A stretch of DNA of 64,000 nucleotides from Escherichia phage AV109. Shown here one piece after another: positions 39,107-48,475 of this stretch (positions are counted from its first letter, which is position 1; each line of letters opens with the position of its first letter). A program made the translations under genes and the position numbers. The stretch lies in sequence record OR352939.1; one strand, 5' to 3'. Below the pieces are notes generated by a model that was given only the letters and a program-made list of their open reading frames with translations, ran no database searches and had not been told where the DNA came from.

Positions 39107-39664
39107 TTAAAGATGAAGATACCACCCGTTGTAGTTGCTCTTGCGGACGATTTTCTTTAGGTCTTCATGGTCTCCCACGAACTTTATAGAATAAGAGAAG
39201 ACGTCAGGTGAGGTTTCTTTGACATCTAATATAATAATGCAATCTGCGACTCGATGGTTCAAGAAGGGCCCTATATTGATTCCATTACCACCAGGATAAT
39301 CACCACTGTATCCTGTGGTAACCGAAATCCATTTAGAATCTATCTGGTGCGTCTTGACTTCGACACGCAACCCGCAGTATTTAGGATGAGCTAACACGTC
39401 CCATGCATACGTGTACGGGTCTTCTACGTCTTCATTACCTTTATTAACATATCCATCTAGCCAATTTGCTACTACATACTCTGCAAAGACTGCAACCTTA
39501 CAACGTCGAACAACGTCTTCTTTTATTTGACCTGGATCTTGTTTCAACGAGTACCGAGCAGTGTCAGCAATCTTCACCTTCATTTCACTAGTCAAAAACT
39601 CATTCGACAGGATAAATGTCGGAAGATTCTTCAGCCTCAACAGCCCCAAGTTCGTCTTTACCAT
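39107..39664 (-). CDS. denB: probable endonuclease IV (DenB-like), 185 aa from ATG 39664
   Basis: position adjacent to rIIB as in T4; internal ATG with AGAGGT SD gives exactly the T4 DenB length; identity not verified by sequence. Confidence 0.45.
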   Translation of the reverse strand: MVKTNLGLLRLKNLPTFILSNEFLTSEMKVKIADTARYSLKQDPGQIKEDVVRRCKVAVFAEYVVANWLDGYVNKGNEDVEDPYTYAWDVLAHPKYCGLRVEVKTHQIDSKWISVTTGYSGDYPGGNGINIGPFLNHRVADCIIILDVKETSPDVFSYSIKFVGDHEDLKKIVRKSNYNGWYLHL

Positions 39665-39887
39665 AGATACCTCTGATGTGTAGTTCGCCAAAATAAATGC
39701 GGTCACCTTCTTCAAGATATTCTGCATCTACAGGCGGAATTTCAATAACAACTTCGTCGCATTCTAACCAGCCGTAGTGTGCATCGCCCGGGTGTTTTAC
39801 CAATTTAGCACAATAAACTGATTTACACTTATGATGACCACGAAGATTAGCAATTTTGGATTCTGATACGTCAAATGGATGAATCAT
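39600..39887 (-). CDS. hypothetical protein (95 aa from ATG 39887), overlaps denB-like ORF
   Basis: AGGGG SD before ATG; 65-nt overlap with the denB-like start makes one of the two starts doubtful. Confidence 0.3.
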   Translation of the reverse strand: MIHPFDVSESKIANLRGHHKCKSVYCAKLVKHPGDAHYGWLECDEVVIEIPPVDAEYLEEGDRIYFGELHIRGIYGKDELGAVEAEESSDIYPVE

Positions 39888-39907
39888 AATTACCCCTAAA
39901 GAAAAAA

Positions 39908-39923
39908 GGGGACCGAAGTCCAC
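39908..39923 (-). terminator. hairpin GGAC-UUCG-GUCC followed by UUUUUUC after rIIB
   Basis: short GC stem with UUCG loop and U6 tract 5 nt after rIIB stop. Confidence 0.45.
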
Positions 39924-39928
39924 AATTA

Positions 39929-40855
39929 TTATTCTGCAAATAATTCAGTAACGTCTGAAATTACTTCGTAACGACAAGTACGCATCTTAGCATCGCCATA
40001 GTCAACTGGGATAGATACAACATCACGTGGATGAACTTTAACCTTAACAACTTTATCTGAGCTAGAACCGAAGTAACGAATATATGATTTAGCACAAACG
40101 TGGAGACCGCGAGAACAGGTTTGAGTATCATCGTCGTTAACTCGAGTACGAGGCATTGAAACAACTTTACCAGGCGAGTTATCAAATGTGCCGCTATAGC
40201 AATCTAAATAGTCTTTACGAACTACTTTCCATGCATAGAAATGCCCGTCTTCAGTGATTTCAATATCATTTGCAACCAAGAAGTCGAATAAACGTTGTAC
40301 AGCTTTTTCGCTTGGGTTTTCTAACAGGTTTTCAAGGAACGGCAGATAGAATTTAAAGTCTTCGCCTTTTTCCATGGAATCAATAATACGATTAACCAGT
40401 CCTGAACGAATCTCTATACCTTGATAAAATAAACTACCACCTTCAATAGTAACATTACCGTCAACAAACTTAGTAATAGCTTTCTTGATGTTAATAAGTT
40501 CGACAGCTTTACTAAGGTTTCCTGCGACCAAATTAGCTTTAATTTCTTCAAAATTTGCATGACTTGATGGGGTCGCATTGTATGCTACGCGTCCTTCAAT
40601 GATTGAAATAAATTTAGATGACGCATTCCATACGATTTCTGGACGATGACCTGTAATAATAGGTTCATCATTTTTCGGAACTTCTTCAACTTTAGAAGTC
40701 TCATCTTCGTCTTTAAAATTCTTAACAATCTTACGAAGAGTGTCAGTGGAAATATTGAAGTAATCAGCAATTTCCCGACGAGTCCATTGACCTGATTCAA
40801 CCAGTCTGTAAGCTTCTAACTGTTCTTCTTTAGACAAGCATTTAATATTGTACAT
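39929..40855 (-). CDS. rIIB: rIIB membrane-associated protein
   Basis: 308 aa; position and sequence consistent with T4 rIIB. Confidence 0.85.
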   Translation of the reverse strand: MYNIKCLSKEEQLEAYRLVESGQWTRREIADYFNISTDTLRKIVKNFKDEDETSKVEEVPKNDEPIITGHRPEIVWNASSKFISIIEGRVAYNATPSSHANFEEIKANLVAGNLSKAVELINIKKAITKFVDGNVTIEGGSLFYQGIEIRSGLVNRIIDSMEKGEDFKFYLPFLENLLENPSEKAVQRLFDFLVANDIEITEDGHFYAWKVVRKDYLDCYSGTFDNSPGKVVSMPRTRVNDDDTQTCSRGLHVCAKSYIRYFGSSSDKVVKVKVHPRDVVSIPVDYGDAKMRTCRYEVISDVTELFAE

Positions 40856-40864
40856 AATGTTTCC

Positions 40865-43078
40865 TTATTTGGCTGCTTCCACAGCCTTCATGAATTTAAC
40901 GATTTGAGCGACCTGTTCTTTTGAAAGAGTACCACGTCGTCCCATGTATTCTGACACAATATGATAATTGGTTTCGAATTCAATAACCATTTTATCATCA
41001 TTATCGTAAGCATTATCTTTAAGCTTATCGAAAATTTTAGCACACAATTCTAACTTCTTATTCAGGTCTGTATTAGTAGCACCTGCGAATCGATTCCATC
41101 CCCAACGATTATTTACTGTTGAGAGTTTTGCAAAATCTTTACTGATTTCTTTGTTTTTAGAGCTAAAATACTTACTAAGGAAGTTAAGCTCTTCATTACG
41201 AGTAATATGATTCAAATAAGGTTGAGCTCTACGACTTGGTGATACATACTCATCATAATCCGCTTTATCAATTAGCGTAATATAGTCATTAATTGATTTT
41301 TCGAACAAGCATTCTACTTCACCAAGTTTACGAACTTTCTTAGCAATCTGTGGACGAACTACAGTGAACTCTTTAATACCCGACAAATCAGCAATACGGG
41401 TCAAGAAATTGGAGTCATAGTTCAACCAACCTTTATCTGCGTCAAGACATTCAGCATTAGAACGATTACGAACTATAGCATAACCTTGGATTTCATCTGC
41501 TTCACTTGCCGGAATAAAGAGATCTTCTGATACCCAAACATCGTTTTCATTCTTAAAGAATCGATGAGCACTTGGCGATTTAGGACGAGGCTCATTAGTC
41601 CGTTTCTTGACTTCAATCCATGGCTTAACGATTTGTAAAAGCTCTGAAGTCTTGTACATGTTAATGTTGTCGCCATCAAAGATAACTTTAAGGCGTTCCA
41701 GAAGTTTCATTGCATCTTCGTCTGTAGGGTCAACGAATAGTATGCTTTTACCAAAACCGCGCGGAACTTTACCAGTTAATTTAACATCGTCTTTAGACAT
41801 TTCAATTGAATTAAGAGCTCGCATTAATGGAACGCGTCCCTTAACGTCGTCAATAACAATTTCAACATTTTTAATGTTAATGCCAATCAGACTGTTAATT
41901 GAAATAGTCGCCGATGAGCTACCACTTTCACGAATACGACGAAGACGAGGGGATTCAACTATATCGTATACTACGCCAAGATTACACCACTCAGGCCCCA
42001 TTTTAAAACGTTTGTACAACTCAGAATAAGTTAGTTGTTCTTTAGAGTATTTCAGTGATTCAATATTAGACCCGGCCTTTTCCATGTATTTACGAGCGGT
42101 ATAGCCAAGAGAATCAATTTCACGGAACACATGACGTGGGTATTTACAATCAATCCATTTCTTAGAATCTTCAGCGAACAATTTAGCATCGATTTCTGCA
42201 ACGCGTTTATGGATATTTGCTACTGTACGTTTATCAAATGACAATGCTTCACGAGACGGGGCTACATCTAGTTCACCCATAGGGAATTTAATATAAGCTG
42301 TAGTGCATCGCGTCATCATCCATGTTTGTTCTTTAATAACACTTCCGATTGGATATACAATACCACCATAAACAGCCATGATATTACCACGTTCACCCCA
42401 TGGAGCTTCCTTGGCCAAATATACATCGTCAAATTCTGGGAAGTATTTAATATCTTTAACACCACGAACTTCTGCAATATCACCTAGAGGACGCATAACA
42501 TAAGCAATTTCGGATGCGAACTTTTCAAAATCTTCTGGGTTAACAGGCACAACTACTTCAACGCCGGTCCGGTCATCAGGACCCATCTTATCTACGAAGG
42601 TTGGCTTAATCTGTGGACCCGTGTCATCTTGGTAGATTACGTAACCACGAACTTCACCGTTGTGATAAGACGTAAGGTTAAACGTATCGGTATATGCTAA
42701 TGGAGCTTTAGAGCCGAGTCCGAATCCACCAATGAAATCGTTACTCGATGTTTTAGTTGAAGCAAAATATGAGTTATAGATTCCTGGCTCTTTGTCATTA
42801 CCTCGAATGGTGAAATCACTCATACCCGGTCCAAAATCACGAACTACAAAACGTGGGTCTAAACGACCTGGAGCCTGAACAATAAACTTATCAGTGCAAC
42901 CATTAAGAATTTGCCCATCAATACAGTTTGTGATTAATTCACGTACACAAGCCAATTCTTTGTTTGTATAAAGGTCATTAGACAAAATCTTATAAACTTT
43001 GCTATTGCCTTGAATAGTAAATGCTGTGCTCTTACCGCCTGAACCAATAATCGTTTCTTTAGCCGTTTCGATAATCAT
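40865..43078 (-). CDS. rIIA: rIIA protein (GHKL-ATPase-like N-terminal domain)
   Basis: 737 aa; position upstream of rIIB; N-terminal ATPase-like motifs. Confidence 0.9.
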   Translation of the reverse strand: MIIETAKETIIGSGGKSTAFTIQGNSKVYKILSNDLYTNKELACVRELITNCIDGQILNGCTDKFIVQAPGRLDPRFVVRDFGPGMSDFTIRGNDKEPGIYNSYFASTKTSSNDFIGGFGLGSKAPLAYTDTFNLTSYHNGEVRGYVIYQDDTGPQIKPTFVDKMGPDDRTGVEVVVPVNPEDFEKFASEIAYVMRPLGDIAEVRGVKDIKYFPEFDDVYLAKEAPWGERGNIMAVYGGIVYPIGSVIKEQTWMMTRCTTAYIKFPMGELDVAPSREALSFDKRTVANIHKRVAEIDAKLFAEDSKKWIDCKYPRHVFREIDSLGYTARKYMEKAGSNIESLKYSKEQLTYSELYKRFKMGPEWCNLGVVYDIVESPRLRRIRESGSSSATISINSLIGINIKNVEIVIDDVKGRVPLMRALNSIEMSKDDVKLTGKVPRGFGKSILFVDPTDEDAMKLLERLKVIFDGDNINMYKTSELLQIVKPWIEVKKRTNEPRPKSPSAHRFFKNENDVWVSEDLFIPASEADEIQGYAIVRNRSNAECLDADKGWLNYDSNFLTRIADLSGIKEFTVVRPQIAKKVRKLGEVECLFEKSINDYITLIDKADYDEYVSPSRRAQPYLNHITRNEELNFLSKYFSSKNKEISKDFAKLSTVNNRWGWNRFAGATNTDLNKKLELCAKIFDKLKDNAYDNDDKMVIEFETNYHIVSEYMGRRGTLSKEQVAQIVKFMKAVEAAK

Positions 43079-43090
43079 GTTTTTCTCTCA

Positions 43091-43321
43091 TCACAAGTTA
43101 CGTTTAAAAATTTCTGCCACTTCGAGAAGTTCTTCTTTAGTAGCTGTGTCGGTTTGTATTTTATATCGAATTTCCTTAAAGCGTTCTTTAAAGGCTTCAG
43201 CTGATTCGATATCAAAAAATCTTTGGATAAGCCGGAATTCCCGGAGCACTGCTTTATCAAAAAGTTCCAAGTCCACGTTATATGTTCTCATAATATTCTC
43301 TTCAGTAGATTCCTGAGGCAC
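43091..43321 (-). CDS. hypothetical protein (76 aa), rIIA.1-like position
   Basis: ORF immediately upstream of rIIA. Confidence 0.4.
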   Translation of the reverse strand: MPQESTEENIMRTYNVDLELFDKAVLREFRLIQRFFDIESAEAFKERFKEIRYKIQTDTATKEELLEVAEIFKRNL

Positions 43322-43383
43322 TATTACTAAAGACCATATAATCTATCATCTTATGTGTAATAGTGCCTCAGGCGATTCAGGAT

Positions 43384-44484
43384 TTACGCTGTGAAGATTT
43401 TATCCCACATCGCAACAACTGCATCTCGATTATACTTCTTCCATACTGCTTCAGCACGTTTAACTCGAGCTTCGTATGTGTCAGTGAATTCTAATACAGC
43501 TTTTGTGTAAAGCGCAACTACTTCTTTCTTAGGAGTAGAGGAATCAATTTCTACACGCACAGTATCTGGGTCGTATTCAAATGTCGCATGAGGATAATCC
43601 TTAAAAACTAACTGGATTACAGGGACACCTTTAGAGATGGCTTCAATAGAACTATTCTCTACCGTACCTGTGTCAGGACACGTATTAATAAGTGCTTTAG
43701 CTGTTTTAAGACGTTCCATGATTTCACTATGTGGAGCATCAATAATAACAGGATACTTAGCCGGTGGTGCCCATTTACTAGGACAGTATCCTGCACCATT
43801 TTCGCCTAGTGCTTTAATCGCTTCAAGAGCAACATCAGTGCGACGCATTTTAGTGTCATAACGTTGGGCACTAATAATCAAATCAGTTGCTGGGAGAACT
43901 TCTGGCTTTTCGGTCAAACAAATAACCGGGTAGTCATCATGTTCAAATAATGGATTTTCACGCCAGTAATCATAATCAATGCTATCAGTAAGAGCTGAAG
44001 TCATATGGCAATATTTACGTTCAAATTCACGGAATGCTTTAGTAGGAGCATAGCTCTTACCACCGTATTTGTGGGTAAGAATAGTTTGTTTCCAAATTTC
44101 TACAATACCGCGAGATACAGGCTCAAATGGAGTTGCCATAAAATTTCTATGAACACTGGATAAACCGGCATCTTTAATTGCGTTAACAGTTAGTTTAGTC
44201 GGTTCCATAGTAACAACAAAATCGTATTCATGGATGCCGGCTAGTTCAACAATCTTACGAGCCATAGTATAACTCATACCTAGACTGAATTTAGTCAGAT
44301 GACCAACAGGATGATGATTAACTTTCCAGTCACCAAACGTGTCATTATCAAAGCCGATATAATCAATATCAGCACCGATGGACACAAGATATTTCAACAC
44401 ATTTAAATGTACTGCTTCAAGGCCACCTTGTACACGGTCAGGATTAAATGGGACTGCACGAGATGGGATAAACATAACTTTCAT
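43384..44484 (-). CDS. putative GT-B fold glycosyltransferase (366 aa)
   Basis: C-terminal block GTVENSSIEAISKGVPVI resembles the GT-B/GT4 E-x7-E nucleotide-sugar binding motif; located between gene 39 and rIIA. Confidence 0.45.
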   Translation of the reverse strand: MKVMFIPSRAVPFNPDRVQGGLEAVHLNVLKYLVSIGADIDYIGFDNDTFGDWKVNHHPVGHLTKFSLGMSYTMARKIVELAGIHEYDFVVTMEPTKLTVNAIKDAGLSSVHRNFMATPFEPVSRGIVEIWKQTILTHKYGGKSYAPTKAFREFERKYCHMTSALTDSIDYDYWRENPLFEHDDYPVICLTEKPEVLPATDLIISAQRYDTKMRRTDVALEAIKALGENGAGYCPSKWAPPAKYPVIIDAPHSEIMERLKTAKALINTCPDTGTVENSSIEAISKGVPVIQLVFKDYPHATFEYDPDTVRVEIDSSTPKKEVVALYTKAVLEFTDTYEARVKRAEAVWKKYNRDAVVAMWDKIFTA

Positions 44485-44510
44485 AATTAAGCCTTATTAA
44501 AATTAAAATG

Positions 44511-44528
44511 AAGCTCCCGAAGGAGCTT
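44511..44528 (-). terminator. hairpin AAGCUCC-UUCG-GGAGCUU overlapping HNH gene stop
   Basis: 7-bp stem, UUCG loop, followed by CAUUUUAAUUUU. Confidence 0.5.
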
Positions 44529-45339
44529 AGGACATCCAACACATTTTATAACCTTTGCAGGTTCTGTTAGGATTATTTAATGCTTTCAATATATTAGAAG
44601 ACCCTATATCTAAATACTCCCTTAATTCATAAAGATAGTTAAAATCAATAGTTTCACCTGTTTTTACACTTGTGATTCTTATAGGCCTTCTTTCATATTT
44701 AGATTTATACAACTCTCTAGTCTTAGCTTTAGTTTCTTCTGACCTAGGAGTGTATGGTTTAAATCCTTTTGTTTTAAATGTTTCCATTCTTGATTTAGTT
44801 ATTTTATCCTGGTGTTCTTTTGTTTTTACAGGTGCTTTTCGCCCATTCTCCCAAGATAACTTGTTGGCCTGTATTATTTTATCTATTGCTTCTTGCGTAT
44901 GAGTTTTACCATAAAATGGATTTAATTCGCCTATACGTTGTGAAGCAATATGTGACATTAATTCTCTTGTTGCTTTAGTATGTTTTTTACCTTTAAATGG
45001 ATTGCCATTTTTAGCAATCCATTCTTTCATAAATCTAGAGTGCTCTTTAGAGAATTCTTGTTTAAGCCAATCATAATCTCTAGAATTTCTAGCTCCCATG
45101 TAAAAAGCTCTAATAGCCATAAGCATAGAACGGTTCTTATGAATTTTATAAAGCAATAAATGGGCGATAAAATGCTCTCTAGGGGTCATTTTAACTAGAT
45201 TTGATTTAGCATTACTCCCACCCATAGATTTAGGCAAAATATGGTGAGTTTCAGTATAATTAGGAATAGTGCTGCGGTTTTTAGCCGCAGCGATAAGTTT
45301 ATCATAAATTTTACGATAATTCATTATCCTAGCATCCAA
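44527..45339 (-). CDS. HNH homing endonuclease (Mob-like) with NUMOD repeats
   Basis: HNH block THHILPKSMGGSNAKSNLVKMT..EHFIAH; NUMOD-like repeats; freestanding immediately downstream of gene 39. Confidence 0.75.
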   Translation of the reverse strand: MDARIMNYRKIYDKLIAAAKNRSTIPNYTETHHILPKSMGGSNAKSNLVKMTPREHFIAHLLLYKIHKNRSMLMAIRAFYMGARNSRDYDWLKQEFSKEHSRFMKEWIAKNGNPFKGKKHTKATRELMSHIASQRIGELNPFYGKTHTQEAIDKIIQANKLSWENGRKAPVKTKEHQDKITKSRMETFKTKGFKPYTPRSEETKAKTRELYKSKYERRPIRITSVKTGETIDFNYLYELREYLDIGSSNILKALNNPNRTCKGYKMCWMS

Positions 45340-47162
45340 TCTTTACGGAGTTCAGGGTCGTTACCCATGAGCATTTCAAATAGTTCTTTCCAATTTTCAG
45401 GAAGTTTAACTACGTCGTACACAGGGTTTTGAATCATTTCTTTATATTCATCCCGCTGAAGTGAGCCCAATCCCTTGATGTATCGAATACTATGCTTAGG
45501 CAGTGTATCTTTAACTTCTTCATACTCAGCTACAGTATAAAACCATTTTTGAGTTTTGCCAATTTGTGCAATAATTACAGGCGTTTTAACAAAGCGAATA
45601 CGTCCTTGTTCAAACAATTCAGGCCAATTACTAAAGAAAGCAAGCAAAGCCGGATAAATACTTCCAAGGCCGTCATGATCGGCATCGGTCATAATTGCAA
45701 TATTACGGTAGTTCGTATTCTCTGCCTTTTCACCAAGAATAAGACCCGTGATAGCACAGATATCAAAGAGCTCTTTGTTCTTCATCATATCGGCATATGA
45801 CATACCCCAGCTATTCATCACCTTACCACGTAATGGGAATCCGCCGTGTAGTTCACGGTCACGAACATCAATGAGATAACCAATTGCCGAATCACCTTCT
45901 GTTAAAAACAATGTCGTATCTGCATCTTTACCACATTGGTTAGCTTTAATATGCTTATGAACCTTAGCTTTAGTTGCCTTTTTAGCTGCTTTAGTTTCTG
46001 CAGCCTTTTCTGCTGCCAATTTACGAGCTAATGCGGCTTCAATTATAGGCATTAAAACTGCTTCAGAATTCAAAATATTTTTTGCCAATTTTTTTGTATC
46101 TAATTTAATATGCGTCCGAATTTCGCCATAAGGACTTGTTAAACGCTCTTTGGTTTGGGAATCAAAACGAAGGTTCTTCATTCCACGAACGAACATTAAG
46201 AGAGTGAGACATTCCTTGATTCGCGCTTTAGTCACGTCGATTTTATATTTGCGTTTAATAGCCGGAATTAATTCTTCGCTAATGTCGTCCATCACACATT
46301 CAATGTGATGACCACCGTTTTTGGTATGGATGTTATTCACATAAGTTAAATGACGGAAGCCATCTGGTGACCGTCCAATGGCAATAGAGCATCCGTCTTG
46401 TTCTTGAATGATGGTCTCTTCATCAAATTGTTTAGCAAACTTCTTAAAGTTACCTTGAATCTTTTTGCCATTAAATTTAAATTCAATACCAGGATAAACG
46501 ACCGCCAATGTTTGGAGCCGGTCTATAGTAATATCTTGGTATATTTTTTCAAATTGATTCATTTCAAAATGTGAGAAATCAGGAATAAACTCGACCTTAG
46601 TACCGTTGTTTTTAGACGGCTTAGATTTCCAAGAAATATTATCAGCGTTATTAGAACAATTAACGGTCAATTCATTTTTACCATCTGAAGTAGTGCCAAC
46701 AAAAGAGACAGAAAAAATATTTGTTAATGAAGAACCGACACCGTTTTGTCCACCCGTAACACGTTCTTTGTCGTCACCAAAGTTGCCACCGGCTTTTGTA
46801 CGTGTCCACGCCGCAACTGGTCCTGGAATTTCTTCTCCTTCAGGAGTAATAACTGTTTCTTGAGGAATACCTCGACCATTATCTTCAACAGTCACTTTAT
46901 TAGAATTTAAATCAATACTAACGGAAATTTTATTAGCATATTTGAAATTGGTTCGAATAGCTTCGTCTACTGAGTTGTCAATAATTTCATCAATTAATTT
47001 GAGAACACCTGCAACATATTTAACCTTTTTAAATTCACCGAATAGGAAACGTTCTTGTTCTTCATTGGCAACACTTCCAATATACATGCCAGGACGCTTC
47101 AAACAATGCTCTTTATCAGATAGCATTTCAATTTTATTATCAATCATTAGATTTTCTCTCAA
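45324..47162 (-). CDS. 39: DNA topoisomerase II large subunit gp39 (GyrB-like ATPase), unsplit
   Basis: 612 aa single ORF covering the regions that are split into genes 39 and 60 in T4; GHKL ATPase and TOPRIM motifs. Confidence 0.92.
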   Translation of the reverse strand: MRENLMIDNKIEMLSDKEHCLKRPGMYIGSVANEEQERFLFGEFKKVKYVAGVLKLIDEIIDNSVDEAIRTNFKYANKISVSIDLNSNKVTVEDNGRGIPQETVITPEGEEIPGPVAAWTRTKAGGNFGDDKERVTGGQNGVGSSLTNIFSVSFVGTTSDGKNELTVNCSNNADNISWKSKPSKNNGTKVEFIPDFSHFEMNQFEKIYQDITIDRLQTLAVVYPGIEFKFNGKKIQGNFKKFAKQFDEETIIQEQDGCSIAIGRSPDGFRHLTYVNNIHTKNGGHHIECVMDDISEELIPAIKRKYKIDVTKARIKECLTLLMFVRGMKNLRFDSQTKERLTSPYGEIRTHIKLDTKKLAKNILNSEAVLMPIIEAALARKLAAEKAAETKAAKKATKAKVHKHIKANQCGKDADTTLFLTEGDSAIGYLIDVRDRELHGGFPLRGKVMNSWGMSYADMMKNKELFDICAITGLILGEKAENTNYRNIAIMTDADHDGLGSIYPALLAFFSNWPELFEQGRIRFVKTPVIIAQIGKTQKWFYTVAEYEEVKDTLPKHSIRYIKGLGSLQRDEYKEMIQNPVYDVVKLPENWKELFEMLMGNDPELRKDWMLG

Positions 47163-47823
47163 ATTGCATGACTATATTTTTGTATGAACCTTCCGGAAAT
47201 CCACGTTTAATGCTTTCTTTAGCAAATTTCCCAACCTTTGGTTTATCCAATTCTAACCATAATTTATATAAAGCAGATTCATATTCCCATACAGGACTTT
47301 TACGATTTTTAAGCCCACACTTTATAAGCGCTTCCTTTGTATGTTTCTTATTATAAAATGGATTGTTTTTGCCACTCATTGCTTTAGAATGTTCCGGGCG
47401 CTTAATTCCATACATCGGATTAAGATCGCCTTTCTTGATAACGGATTGTAGTTCAATAGTTTCTTCAGAGTGATTGTGTCCATAAAATGGATTTAACTCT
47501 TTTGAAACATCCATACCAAAGCACCCATCGACTGTGGCATAAGACATGTTGAAAAATTTTTCAGATTTAACCACATTATGCAATTTCTGGTAATACAACT
47601 CACAAAACGTCGCTTCTTCCCGTGTATCAAATTCGCCAATAATACATGAATCAAATAAATGAGGATTATCTTTTATCTCTTTATCATAAATTTGTTTATA
47701 TTTTTTCGACTTTACCGTACCATGATAGTGATTGTTTGTATGTTTATCAAGATAAGTAGACCCTATATAAAACGGTGGCAACTTATCGCCTGTGTATATT
47801 GTTAAGTATGTTATGTATTTCAT
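47140..47823 (-). CDS. GIY-YIG homing endonuclease (Seg-like) with NUMOD repeats
   Basis: N-terminal YLTIYTG..FYIGST motif; repeated NPFYG.xHSEET / NPMYG / NPFYNKKHT modules; no obvious SD. Confidence 0.7.
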   Translation of the reverse strand: MKYITYLTIYTGDKLPPFYIGSTYLDKHTNNHYHGTVKSKKYKQIYDKEIKDNPHLFDSCIIGEFDTREEATFCELYYQKLHNVVKSEKFFNMSYATVDGCFGMDVSKELNPFYGHNHSEETIELQSVIKKGDLNPMYGIKRPEHSKAMSGKNNPFYNKKHTKEALIKCGLKNRKSPVWEYESALYKLWLELDKPKVGKFAKESIKRGFPEGSYKNIVMQFERKSND

Positions 47824-47856
47824 AAAGGTATTCTATCATCCGAAATCTAAAGCAAA

Positions 47857-47872
47857 AAGGGCCGAAGCCCTT
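47857..47872 (-). terminator. hairpin AAGGGC-UUCG-GCCCUU + UUUUG overlapping stop of upstream ORF
   Basis: 6-bp stem, UUCG loop, U-tract. Confidence 0.5.
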
Positions 47873-48293
47873 ATTTAAATTTAATTTTCTGAAGTGCATC
47901 AATTGCAGCCAAACGCCCTTGTTCACTTTTAACTGTAACGACCACATCGCCTGATACGATCACCGAACCATCAACAAATTCTATAGAGCCTTTTTTGAAA
48001 TCGACAGCTGTATCTGGTTCCGGAACTTCTTCAAAGAATTTAAATTCTGCACCATAAAGCAGAATATCACCTTGCATACTAATGATTGTACGTCCAGGTC
48101 CATCGGTTTCAGCGGCAATAATCGAAACGCCGTAACCAATCATCTCTTCCACAATAAAATCTTTGGACAATAAAGTAGTATGCAGATTAGTATTAAGACG
48201 TTTACCAGTCGTATTAAGAATTCTCAAGAAATTATCTTCCTGTCCTTTGATAATACGATATTTCTTACCAACTTCAAAACCTTTAAAAGCCAT
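47871..48293 (-). CDS. hypothetical protein (140 aa)
   Basis: ORF upstream of GIY-YIG gene. Confidence 0.45.
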   Translation of the reverse strand: MAFKGFEVGKKYRIIKGQEDNFLRILNTTGKRLNTNLHTTLLSKDFIVEEMIGYGVSIIAAETDGPGRTIISMQGDILLYGAEFKFFEEVPEPDTAVDFKKGSIEFVDGSVIVSGDVVVTVKSEQGRLAAIDALQKIKFK

Positions 48294-48295
48294 AA

Positions 48296-48475
48296 TTAAC
48301 CCTTCTTAAGTAAGTCGTAAAAACCACCGTTCACATGTTTAGGAGCAGAAACCCGACGAGTAGACAGACGATGACATTCAGGGCAAACATCGGTTTCTCG
48401 TTCAGAAATTCTTTTAATTTTTTCATATTCATGACCACAATCTTCAGATTGGCATTTATAGTCGTATAACGGCAT
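48296..48475 (-). CDS. zinc-ribbon small protein (59 aa), not in ORF track
   Basis: hand translation [42 protein letters not shown].. with two CxxC pairs; TAATG overlap with upstream ORF. Confidence 0.45.
   Translation of the reverse strand: MPLYDYKCQSEDCGHEYEKIKRISERETDVCPECHRLSTRRVSAPKHVNGGFYDLLKKG

Noticed and set aside
47830-47855. Possible MotA-box middle promoter (TGCTTTA, TAGAAT) immediately upstream of the GIY-YIG gene at 47140-47823
   Set aside because: The predicted transcription start would fall on or next to the ATG and the -10 is poor; it overlaps the terminator hairpin flank and cannot be supported without transcript mapping.
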